This document shows, piece after piece, positions 37,561-49,168 of a DNA stretch of 64,000 bases. The notes under the pieces were generated by a model that saw nothing but the letters and a program-made list of their open reading frames with translations, searched no databases and had not been told where the DNA came from. A program made the position numbers and the translations under genes. Numbering within the stretch: the first letter of the stretch is position 1; each line of letters opens with the position of its first letter. This DNA is from Hemiscyllium ocellatum (taxonomy: Eukaryota): positions 33,417,231 through 33,481,230 of the forward strand of contig NC_083435.1 in assembly GCF_020745735.1 (NCBI RefSeq), read 5' to 3'.

Positions 37561-38961
37561 TTAATTTCCTGTCTTAAAACATGCCTTCGTTTGCGTTGCA
37601 GTTTTGACTTTGTCACATATAATACCCATTAATGTTTGCTCCTTCTTGCTGTTTCTGAGCTCCACTTCATCTGATTCTGTGGAATCGGATGGATGCGAGC
37701 TCTTGCGGGATTAATGGAAGTTGCAATGTTGAGATCGTCTCGCGACATGATATATGCTCTTCTCCTGTGTCATTGCGTTATTTTCACCTATCTGGAATTA
37801 TGCTCATGGAGGAGAGAAGGAAAATGATCTTTCAACAATGTTGTGCATGCCCCTAAACAGCTGAGACTGTTCTAACCTGGTATGAACCTTACAACATGCT
37901 GGTAAAGTGTTGCTGCTGCTGTACGGGATCTTACTGAGAACACATCTGGAATAGTGCGTTCAGATGTCGTCTCCTCACTGAAGAAATGATATTGTTTCAT
38001 TGGAAGCAGCTCAGAGATGGTTCCCTCAACTGATTCCTGTTACGAAGGTGTTAGCTTATAAAGAAAGGATGATCAGATTGATCCAATGCACATTGATGTT
38101 TACAAGAATGAAAGATGAAGGAATCAGCAAAAGAAGCCAATTGCACAGCAGATGGAGGAATTCATTCCACTTCTCCAACCTGTTACCTAAGAGCAGCAGG
38201 ATATTCAGGCCTACGACCCTGTTACATCAAAACATGATCATGAAACTTGATATGCCGTTACAGGAGGAGGCCAATCAGCCCCTCGAGCCTATAACACTGA
38301 ATGCAAAGTAGACCATGCAGTACCAGTATATGGTTACACTGCAACAGGAACAGTCCATTTAGCCTCCTTACGTATGCAACACAGGAACTGGAAGAGGTCA
38401 CAGAGAGACTGGAGGTTTTTAGAGTGGGATACAGGAGACAGTTCAGCCCATTCAGATTATAGCATAGGAATTGGCGAACGAAACAAACTTTCTGGGACTT
38501 TTTATGAGAAAGGAAGAGGTAGTTCAGCTCACTCGTCTGTTGTATGGGAACAGGAGAAGACCAATCACTCCCACTGTCTCATTTCAGAGATGCAGGAGGA
38601 TACCTTTCAGTATCTCCAGCCTGCTATAAAGGAACACAAGGAGACCCCTCAGTCCCTCAAACTGTTACATAGCAACAGGAATATTCAATAAGCCCTCAAA
38701 CCTCTAGAAGACTATTCCGTCAGTCATGCCTCTTGTGCAGCAATTGGAGCAGATCTCTGAAAGCCTATGCCCGTTACACTGGAATTAAAAGGGAACATAG
38801 AGGTTATCGATAGGGAAGAATTTAAAATAATTATAATCACTGGTGAATAAAATGTAATGGAAAGACTGCTGTTATTTAAGGCAAATTCGTATAATCCATC
38901 ATTCAGGAATTAATAGCAGGACATTGAAAAGTTAAGCTACAATCTATCAGAATCAATATGG

Positions 38962-39212
38962 TTTTAGAATAGTGTGGAAATAGGCCATTTGGCCCAACAG
39001 TTACCCACTGACCCTCTAACAATAACCAATTCCCAAAACACATTTCTTGACATTTTGCCCTTACCATTGCACCTAACCTATACATCCCTGAACTCGATGG
39101 GCAATTTGGCATTGCCAATTCATCTAACTTGCACATCCTTGGTTTGTGGGAGGAAATCTCAGCATCCAGAGGAAACCAGGCAGACACAGGGAGAATGTGC
39201 AAACTCCAGACA
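38962..39212 (-). mobile_element. HE1 SINE, head-truncated and diverged
   Basis: gcagacacagggagaatgtgcaaactcc and gtgtggaaataggccatttggcccaac segments. Confidence 0.8.
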
Positions 39213-39229
39213 CGAATTTTATGATGGAT

Positions 39230-40310
39230 CAAGTGTCATTGAATTGTTAAGGAGTTATTTAAAGATGTGGCAAACAAGACGGATAGTGGGAGTCTTGGAG
39301 CTATAGTGTATCTGCTCTTCCAGAAGGCATTGGATATGGTGCTTCTAGAAAGATTAAACAATAAGATCAAACGGTTTAGCAGTAATTGATGAGCTTGGAT
39401 AGCGGATTGATGAATGAACAAAATGCAGTCAGACAGAATAAATGCCTCATTCTTTGATGGCGAAATGCAACTGTTGGGGTGCCATTGAGTTCAATCTTCA
39501 GGCTTTAATTATTTGCAATCTACATTATTACTCTGTTGATGGAATAGAAACCACCAAAGCCAATTTTTTCAGATGATACTAACATCGGTGGGAAATTTAT
39601 TTACAATGGAGATGGAACAGATTTAAAACGGGTGTGAATGGGTTGGGTGAATGGGTCAACATTGGCAATGAATGTTAACGTGTATAAATATAGGTTTATT
39701 CAATTTGTCCAACGTAATAGAAACACAAATTATTACCTGTCTGGCGAGAAACTTCAGAGTGCTTAGGTGCTGAAGGTTCTGTGTGTCTGCGTGCATATCC
39801 CAGGGAACTCATATGCAGGTACAGCAGATAATGGAAAGGGTAAGTGTAATTTCAGTGCGCATTTGTAGAAGGATGTAGTGTGAATGTCAGGGGTGTGGAT
39901 GTAGCTATGCAAGGCATTAATAAGATTGTAACTGGAGTATCAGTTTGGTCCTGACTTGAGGAAGGATCTATTGCATTGCAGGCACCTCAGACGAGGCTCA
40001 GGACTTTGACATTGAACAGTTCAGGCCTATAATCTCTGGAGTTTAGAGGAATGATAGGAGACCTCATTGATGAGTGTAAGATGCTAAAGATGATCGACAA
40101 TGTAGATGTGAAGTGGATATTTCTTCATGTGAATTAATTTTGAACAAAAGATCAGAGTTTTGTGTTATGGCACAGCAGCTTAAAATTGCAGGTGAGTGGA
40201 ACTTACTTCTCTCAAAGGGTTGAGAATCTGTGTAGTGTTGGGACGTGGAGTAAATGAAGGAAGATGGAGGGCGGGCAGGAAAGTGGAATTGAGGCCGAGA
40301 TAACATCAGC
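39230..40310 (+). mobile_element. Degenerate CR1 RT fragment
   Basis: ttccagaaggcattggat (DFQKAFD-like), gatgatactaac (DDT-like) and GDLI segments. Confidence 0.65.
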
Positions 40311-41855
40311 CATGTTTGTACAAAATAGCAAAGCAGGGTCGAGGGGTTGAATTATTGACTGATGCTCCTCGTTCTTATTCAGCCCTTCGAATATTGTCCA
40401 CAGGAATGGGTATAAAACAAGAACAGGGAACTCAGAATAAATCAGTTTCAATCAGTTTGACAGGACGTAACCAATGGAGGCACACAGTGACCAGTGCTAG
40501 GTTCTCAGCTTTTTACAATCTATTTCAAGTATTGGGAGGATGGAACAGGTTTACTATTACTCTGCTTGCTGATGACTCTAAGATAAGCAGGAAATAATAT
40601 TATCAAGACGAAGTGGACAAGCTGCAAATGGATACCATCAGTAGATACAATGGATGATTGTTTTGAAAGTGGAATATAACATGATATATCGCCTGTCTTT
40701 TGTTTTTAGGCATATTGGAAGGCGACATTTTACTGAAATGGAGAGCGATTACAGGACATGGTGATAGAGTGTGCACTAGATTGTTTACCCTGTCGTATTC
40801 TGCCATTGGAAGTGTTGCTCCATCTCCCAGACAGTCTGCTCCCGAATGTTCCCAGTGGTCCTATTGCTCTCAGTACACATTGAATATCTTGATATGGTTG
40901 GCTGGCGGTGGTGAGTGGTGGTGGGGCGGGAAGGGGGTGGGTGGGTTTCTTGACCCGTGTATTAAGAAGACAGATTTTTTCCTTTCTTTCTACGTGGACA
41001 CCCAAAGATGATGGGAATGGCTGACTGCTTCTGAATGAAGAGGCTGTGGATGCTGGAAAGGACAATGGATATTCACCAAAATGATGTACAATGCGTGGGA
41101 ACACCACAACATTAATGGGGTAAGATTTCCTTCTGTTCTCTCCCCATTGACATGGTAACCCCCATAGAGCCATATACACCATCAGGAATTCCGCTTTACT
41201 AGGAATAAAGAAAGGATATACCCAGCAGCTCCCAGCTGAGGGAGAAAAGATTGCTTTCACCTCATTCACTATGTATATCCCCCATTACCGAATGCTGACA
41301 CTGTCGTTGATGTACTGGGAGATGATGGATGTGTCACCCACTCCGCTTGGTAATTTCGAGATCATAGAAGCTGAATGAAACTCTGACCCAGCAGCCACTG
41401 ACGACACTGTCCTCCCGTTAATGTGAAGCTGCAAGTCGCATTGAAGGAGGTGACACCGCTCTGTGACCAGCTCCTTGTTCAACGAGGGTCCTCTCGCACT
41501 CTGCTCCTGTGTTAAGAGTAGCTTGGGAAGCTGTTGTTGGAAAACCCGGGGTGGATACGGCATAAACCCTTTCCCCACACACTCTTTCCATGGTTTCAGA
41601 GCTCCCCCTCTCTGCAGCCTCTACTCCATTGTTTTTCGTGTTGCACAACCAGATGCTGCAACTGCAGAGGAATAGGTGAGGGGAACAATTGAGCCACAGG
41701 GCTCTGTTCCAGAGGGACAGTGAACGATCAAGTAGCCTTTTGGGAGTATTCTGTGGAACAAAGAGAGGCGGATCAGCCTCTTGCATCTGTTATACGGCAA
41801 GAGAAGGAGACCATTCAACCTCTTGAAGACGTGATCTGTATGGATTTCGGTAAGG

Positions 41856-42068
41856 TAAAAGTGAGAACTGCAGATTCTAAGATCAGAGTCTAGATTAGAG
41901 TGGTGCTGGAAAAGCACAGCAGGTCAGGCAGCATCTGAGGAGCAGAAAAATCGACGTTTCTGTCAAAAGCCCTTCCTAATGAAGGGCTTTTACCTGGAAC
42001 GTCAATTTTTCTTCTCTTCGGATGCTGCCTGACATGCTGTGCTTTTCCAGCACTACTCTAATCTCGAC
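41856..42068. mobile_element. Penelope-derived palindromic (fold-back) insertion with 16-bp TSD
   Basis: Inverted arms 41888-41975 and 41981-42068; TSD atggatttc(gg/ca)taagg at 41840-41855 and 42069-42084. Confidence 0.85.
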
Positions 42069-42992
42069 ATGGATTTCCATAAGGCATTCGACAAGGATCT
42101 CCATGGGAGATGGGTTAGCAAGGTTTGAATCCATAGAATTCATAGCCATTTGAATTCAGAAACGGCCCGAAGGTAGAAGACAGAGGGTGGTAGTGTAGGA
42201 TTGCTTGTCAGACTGGAGACCTGTGACCAGTAGATTACCACAATAATTGATATTGCGTCCACGACTTGTCGTCATTTAGAAAAGTAAAATGAATGTGAAC
42301 ATAGAGGGTAGAATTAGTAAGTTTGCAGATGATACCAAAGTTGGATGTGTAGTGGACAGCGAAGAAGGTTACCTCAGATTACCACAGGATCTGAGTAAAT
42401 GAGCCAGTGGGCTGAGAGTGGCAGCTTGAGTTTATTTAGATAAATATGAGATGCCACATTTTGGAAAACCAAACCTTCGCAGGATTTATACACTTAATGG
42501 TAAAGTCCTAGGGAGTATTGTTGAACAAAGAGACCTTGGAGTGCAACTTCATTTTTTTCTTGAATAAGGCATTTAGCATGTTTTACTTTATTTATCAGAG
42601 CAGTGAATATAGGGGCTAGGAGGACATTGTGCGCCTGTATAGGACGTTGGTTAGGCCACTTTTGGAATATTGAGTGTAATCCTGGTCTTGTCCCCATCAG
42701 AAGAATGTTATGAAACTTGAAAGAGTTCAGAGAGGATTTACAAGGATTTTGCGAGGATTGGCGGATTTGAGCTATAGGCAGAGGCTGGATAGGTTGGGTC
42801 TGTTTTCCCTGGAGCATCAGAGGCTGAGGGGTGACCTAATAGAGGTGTATAAAATTATGAGTGGCATGGATAGGACAAATAAACAAAGTCTTTTCCCTCG
42901 GGAGGAGGCGTCCAGAACTAGAGGTCATAATTTCCAGGTGAGAGGAGTAAGATATACAAGAGACCAAAGGGGAAATTTTTCACACAGAGGGT

Positions 42993-43020
42993 TGTGTGTG
43001 TGTGTGTGTGTGTGTGTGTG
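42993..43020. repeat. (TG)14 microsatellite
   Basis: Direct reading; expanded inside the CR1. Confidence 0.95.
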
Positions 43021-43474
43021 ATATGAGCTGCCAGATAAAGTAGAGGCGACTGGTACAATTGGTGCATTTAAAAGATATCTGGTTGGATTTTTGAATAGGA
43101 AAGGTTTGTTGGGGCTATGGGGAAGATAAGGTTAAGATATCTGGTCAGCATGGATGATCTGGACCGAAGGATTTATTTTCGTGTTCTGCATTTCAAACCT
43201 GTTACGGTTTTAGCTCCTCAAATCTGCAATGCAATCGTGAATGCCGTCAGTCTATTTGCTCAGTTATTTGCAGTAAAAACGAACACAACTACATTAATCA
43301 GATTTTAAGGATGTTTTACAGAAACTGGGAGAAGATTTTCAGTCAATAAAAGCTATCAGAATCGGCAGAGGCCATTCAGTCCCTCAACTTCAGTTTAGAG
43401 GTGGAGGAGGATAGCACACAGCTATTGGACCTAGTTACTCAGGAGTAGGAGGAGGACACTTATTTTTAGAAACC

Positions 43475-43960
43475 TGGTACACGGGAACAGAGGCAGACAT
43501 TCAACTGCTCGAGACTAGGAAACAGGGACAGGAGGCAGTCAATCTACTGCTCGAGAGTGGGACACAGGAACAGAAGGCAGCCATTCAAGTGCCTGAGACT
43601 GTGATACAGGAACAGCAAACAGTCATTCAACTGTTCGAGACTGGGACACAGGTACAAGAGGCTATCGTTCAACAGCTCTAGTCTACGACACAGGAACAGG
43701 AAGCAGTCATTCAATTGCTTGAGACTGGGACACAGGAACAGGATGGAGTCATTCAAATATTCGAGACTGGGGCACAGGTACGGGAAGCTGTCATTCAACT
43801 GCGCGAGAGTGGGATATAGGAACAAGGCACAGTCATTCAACTGCTGTATACTGGGACACAGGGGTAGGAGGCAATCACTCAACTGTTACAGACAGGGACA
43901 CACGAATAGGCAACAGTCGTTCAAATGCTCGAGACTGATACACAGGGAAATCCAGAGTCA
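43475..43960 (+). repeat. 42-bp minisatellite, about 12 units
   Basis: GAGACTGGGACACAGGAACAGGAGGCAGTCATTCAACTGCTC; unit starts at 43511, 43553, 43595, 43637. Confidence 0.9.
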
Positions 43961-44904
43961 ACTGAGCTCCCAGGATCTTGCTACCCAAGGACAGGAGGAG
44001 GGGACTCACTCCTCACCAGTATGGGACACTGGGAGTGAAGGCGAATTGGCTTGTAACAAACAGAAATATATGAATAATTTGCAGGGGTGAGTCATCCAAT
44101 CCTGCCCCACCATTAAGTAAGGCCATGGCTGATCTGTTTGTGAGTCCTCATTCCATTTCACAGAGATACTCTTTGCTTTAGCCTCTGTTCCATTTGTTGT
44201 TCATATGGCGTACCCAGATGTTGTGACAGTAACCGTGATGCATCTATACTGGGTTAACAAACCCGCAGGTCTTCTTGATTGTCCACATCAGCTTAAAGCA
44301 CAAACGCCATGAAACCAACCCCAGCATTTCCACTAACCTCCCAAAGCCAGAATTATGTCAAACATCCTCAATTCCAAGTTAAAAACCTGGTCTGAATCAA
44401 TAACAGTTGAAGGGATCCCTCATGTTATTGAGCGTATGATCAGCAGAGCGTGACAAATGCAGGTGTTCAGTGGACAAGCACAGAACAAGTTACAAAGGCT
44501 TCTTTCAAAACTGCTGAAACCGCAATGTCCAACATGGAGCACAGGGCAGGACATCAGGAAGTCAAAAAAAATACAGACTATACTTTTAAAAAATTGTGTC
44601 TCAACTTGTTAATGGTAGAACCTGATGCTCTATGATGAGCAACACTAAAGGCCAGGGAAAGATTCAAGACAGTTATTCACATTCAAACTGGACAATTAAA
44701 ATTGTATGTCAGTGCATCAGTTTAAACACGCACAAATTGGAGCGGTTTGGGAAATAGGGGAAGAGAGACTGGGAGACAGCGTTTTGGAAGGATGTGGTCA
44801 CAGGTTTCAGAATGCTGAGGTGAAGACATTTCAATCACACCTCGCGACATAGGCTGGTAATTATGCAAATGATGAATTCATAGTATATTGATGTGAGTTC
44901 AGAC

Positions 44905-45430
44905 ATAGACTTTTGGAGATGTACAGAACAGAAACAGGCCCTTTAATCCAACGCATTCATGCCGACCAGATAGCCTGAATTAATCGAATCCCATTTGCCA
45001 ACACTTGGCCCATTTCATTCTACACCCTTCTTATTCATATACCCATGCAAATGTTTTTTCAACGTTATAATTTTACCAGCCTCCACCACCTCCTCTGGCA
45101 GTTCATTCCACACATGCACCGGCCACTGCCTGAAGAGGCTGCTGCTCAGGTTCCTTTAAAATTATTTCTTTCCCACCTTAAACTGTATCCTCTTGTTTTG
45201 GCAAAAAAAAATTTTGGTTGTTCACCTTATTCGCAGACATCACACTCCAGCGAAAATAGCACTTAACCTACTCATCCTCTGCCTATAGCCCAAATTCTGG
45301 TAACAACCATGTAATTCTTTTCTGAATCCCATCAAATTTTCACAATATCTTTCCTATTGGAAGGAGAACAGAATTGAACGCAGTATGATAAAGCTTACCC
45401 AAACCAATATCATGAACAGCAACATGACCT
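44905..45430 (-). mobile_element. CR1 3' fragment
   Basis: Typical antisense CR1 3' end (gaaacaggccctt...catgccgaccag...cccatttgcca). Confidence 0.8.
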
Positions 45431-45554
45431 CTCAACTCCCGTAGGGCGAAGGGCCAGGCTGTAAGGAATGCTGCATAACTGGAGAAATTGAGGTTCTGGT
45501 CACGGAAAAGAGGGAACGATATGTCAGGTTTAGACGGAAGGAATCGAGATTTTT

Positions 45555-45805
45555 TTTTCATTATTCATTTTCGGGATCAGCGTTTCACTGGCAAGACCAT
45601 CATTTACTGCCCTTCCCAAATTTCTCAAAGGTCAGTTAAGAGACAACCACATTGTTGTAGTCTGGAGTCACATGTAGGTTACACCGGAAAAGGATGGCAG
45701 TTTGCTTCCTTACAAGTCATCAGTGAACCAGATGGGTTGTACGAACAGTTGAAAATTGATACATCATCGTCATTAGACTCAATTCCAGAGTTAAAGTGAA
45801 TCTTT
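45555..45805 (-). mobile_element. Non-HE1 shark SINE or LINE-tail relic
   Basis: ggatggcagtttgcttcc...agtgaaccagatgggtt; related fragments at about 15260-15370 and 63280-63480. Confidence 0.5.
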
Positions 45806-45814
45806 AAAATAATC

Positions 45815-46740
45815 TAAAGGTAGTAGGAGTACACTTAAGAGGGAAATCAGGACGACAAAAGAGAACATGAGGTACCTTTGCCAAATAGGGTTAAGGAGAA
45901 TCCAAAACGCTTTTAACAAACATATTTAGGACAAAAAAAACGTAACTGGGGAGATAATAGGGCCCCTTCAAGATCAGCAAGACTGCCGACGAGCTATAGG
46001 AGATGGGGTGGTATTAAATGAATACTTTGCACCAGTATTTACTGTGCAGAAAGATATTGAGGCTAGTGAACTTCAGAAGCAAATGATGAGGTATTGTAAA
46101 GTCCCTGTTTTTCAGAGGAGGAGCTGCTGGAATTCTGAAAATTGATACGTTTGTATAAATCCCCGGACTTGATTAGAAGTATCCTAGGGTTCTGTGGGAA
46201 GCTGGGGAAGTGATTCCCGGGCCATTTGCTGAGATACTTGTATCATCGGTAGTCACAGGTGAGCTTCCAGAAGACTAATGTGATGCCACTATTTAAAGTA
46301 TTTAAGAAAGGTGCTAAGGGAAAGACTAGTGTGCCTATCGTCATTGACGGACAATTTGTTGGAGGGGATTATGAGGCACAAGATTTACATGTACCTTGAA
46401 AGGTAATGACTAAATAGAAACAGTCAACATGGCTTTGGTCGTTTGAAGTTCCTGATGAAGGGCTAATGCCAGAAAAGTCTCTCTCATGCTCCTCGGGTTC
46501 TGCCTGAACTTTTGTGCTGTTCCAGTGCCACACTTTCCGACCCTGCGTCTCCAGCATCTACACTCCTCATTTTCTTTGTTTTTAAGAAGTGACAAAGAGG
46601 ATGGATTGAGGCAGAGAGGTGGACATTGTCGATATGGACGTCAGACAGGCCTTCAACAAGGTTTCTCACAGGAGAGTGGTTAGCAATGTTACATCAAATA
46701 GAATACAGGGAGACCCAGCCAGTTGAATGCAGAACTGTAT
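45815..46740 (+). mobile_element. CR1 linker/RT fragment interrupted by a Penelope end
   Basis: KSPGLD..YPRVLWE, PLFK and DFNKV-like segments. Confidence 0.75.
46440..46585 (+). mobile_element. Penelope terminal fragment with degenerate hammerhead core
   Basis: CTGATGA (46452-46458)-A-GGGC-TAAT-GCCA-GAAA-AGTC, then the same terminal sequence as the 41.9-kb element. Confidence 0.75.
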
Positions 46741-46779
46741 TGTCAAATCACTGACCAATAAAGCTAAGCAAACCAAATT

Positions 46780-47225
46780 CATTATTCACTTTCCTGTCTA
46801 CCCATGACTGCTTTTTCAAGGAACTATGAACCTGCACACCAAGGTTTCTTTGTTCAGCAATGCAGGGCTTTAGCCTTAAGTCCTATCCTGATTTGCTTTT
46901 CCAAATTGAAGCGCCTCACATCCTTGGCTCTAACAGGAATGTACTGTCTCTGTGCTCTTGACATCCTATTTTTGAATCTTCCCACACATCAGCCTGTTCC
47001 TTATCTGTGAACATCTGTCCCAATCGACTTTTGAAATTTCTTGCCTAATATCATCAAAATTGGCCTTCCTCCAGTTTAGAAAATTAACTTTTAGATCCAG
47101 TCCATCCTTTTCATTTTTATGTGGAATTGTGATTATTTACTTCAAAGTGCTTCTCCACTGATACCTCAGTCATCTGTCCTGCCACATTGTCCAAGATTAG
47201 TTCAGGTTTAGTTCCTTCTTGGTGA
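46780..47225 (-). mobile_element. CR1 fragments
   Basis: Similar to 13130-13330 and to CR1 RT antisense segments. Confidence 0.55.
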
Positions 47226-47760
47226 TGGAGAGCATTGGACAAGAAGATGCACCTTTGTAACTGGGAGTGGGGTCATCAAAAACGCTGTCTCATTGGGCTG
47301 AATCTAATCATAATTTGTCTCAGTGTTACTTTCATTGAGTGTGACAAAGGGATCATTTCCATGAGGCTGAGCTAATTTTCTGGTGCTATCTTCTCGAACT
47401 AACCAAATTAACTAATTACCCCGCCCTATGGTGTCCGTGTCATTGAATGCTAGGCAGATTCTCCCAGTCATAATGGCTGGAAGAAATCATGATCACAGCC
47501 TAGAATAGGACAGAAAGGGCCAAGTCAGATGGTGGAGTTCTGTTCCTTCACACCCGTGTTCCCGCCATGTGGGGAGGACATTGGCACGAGCCAGAAAGGT
47601 CAGGGATGAATCCTGTGGAGATTCCAAAACATCAAAGTCCCAGCAATGTTCAATGAAGAGCAATTCTAACTTTAAACCCACTGTCAGCTCCGTTTCCTGT
47701 AGCACAACTTAGAAGCTATGGCTCTGGTGCCATCTCCCTTGTATGTCGAGCTGGGACAAA

Positions 47761-47862
47761 TTAAATCTCCACGGTCTCGGTGGGCAGGAGGTCAGGCTCA
47801 CAGCACGTCGTCTCTCCCACGTCCGAGGAAGGGAGCACTGAGGCGTCCTCGTACACGTCCTC
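47761..47862 (-). CDS. Candidate terminal coding exon of an unidentified gene (EDVYEDASVLPSSDVGETTCCEPDLLPTETVEI*)
   Basis: Acceptor atttatttgcag|G; 33 codons plus TAA; 27/33 codons end in G or C; CpG-rich relative to its surroundings. Confidence 0.4.
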   Translation of the reverse strand, partial: EDVYEDASVLPSSDVGETTCCEPDLLPTETVEI

Positions 47863-48681
47863 CTGCAAATAAATCTATGATATTCACTCCTCTCCTCACT
47901 TCTCCTGACATCTTCAATAATCTGTGCTCACATATACCGAAAGTGCTCTCTCTGCACCCCCTTTATAACGATACAGATGTTCAGCACACAGACGCAGGCA
48001 GATACACAGAGACATACACATACATCCACCGACACATGCACAAACACAGACACACTGCTAAACACACAAAGGCACCCACACACTTTGAAACGTACATACA
48101 CACGGACACTCACACACATACACTCACACCGACACATACATATACACACGCACGTGCAAACACACAGACAGCCACAATGACACTTACACACAGATGCACG
48201 CAGATGCACACACGCAGGCACATACACACATACACACACACACATGCACACAGACACATATATACACACACGTACACATGCACAGGCTGCCAGAAATACA
48301 CACACATACATAAACACACTCACAGACACACACAGGCACATACACACATGCACACACACTCATAAACACAGACACATATATACACACACATACGCACGCA
48401 CAGACTGCCAGAAATACAGGTACACTCATAAACACACTCACAGACACACACAGACACATGCACACAAACACGTACACATACACAGACAGCCACAAAGACA
48501 CATACACACAGACCCATGCACACAGACTCATACACATATGTACACACACATGAAAACACGCTCAGGCAGCCACACAGGCATGTACACGCAGACACACGCA
48601 CATACATGCACACACAAACACGCACATGCACACAAATAAGTACACACACAGACAGCCATACAGATACATACACACAGGAGA

Positions 48682-48768
48682 TTAGGAGGGCTTATGCCCG
48701 AAAATTCGATTCTCCTATTCCTTGGATGCTGCCTGACCTGCTGCGCATTTCCAGCAACACATTTTCAG
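48682..48768 (+). mobile_element. Penelope terminal fragment (hammerhead stem II GGGC-TTAT-GCCC-GAAA, 5' core lost)
   Basis: gggcttatgcccgaaa...ggatgctgcctgacctgctg...ttccagc matches the 41.9-kb arms. Confidence 0.75.
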
Positions 48769-48865
48769 ATACATACACACAGACATGCCACAGATATACA
48801 CACAGATACATATATATACACACATGTGCACACAAACATGAGCACTCAGACACACACCGGGACAC

Positions 48866-49168
48866 AGATTTCATCAGTTTCTCAATTCACTTGTTCCCAC
48901 TTTATCCCAGATACAACCATCCAAATCTTCAGCGCACTCTTAAACTGTACTACCTGTCCATTTTCCTTCCCATCTATCCGATCCACTCTCCGTTCGACCT
49001 ATCACCTTCACTCCCACCCACATTTGCCTATCGCATTCCCAGCTACCTTCACCCTAGCCTGAACCCCTCCCATTTATCTCTCAGCCCCCTTGGGGCGCAG
49101 GCATCATTCTCCTGCTCCTCAGATGCTGGCTGACTGACTGTGCTTTTCCAGCAAAACACTGTTCGACG
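48866..49168 (+). mobile_element. Penelope 3' region fragment
   Basis: Ends ctcctgctcctcagatgctggctgactgactgtgcttttccagc, like the other Penelope termini. Confidence 0.65.

Larger units (their letters stand above)
41830..43185 (+). mobile_element. CR1 RT to 3' end, interrupted by a Penelope fold-back insertion
   Basis: MDFxKAFDK, FADDTKVG and KLERVQRGFTRILRGL...LRGDLIEVYKIM. Confidence 0.88.

Noticed and set aside
41140-41269. Possible GPCR exon 1 (FLMVYMALWGLP) on the minus strand
   Set aside because: The required donor would be GTCAAT (poor) and the resemblance to TM1 is weak.
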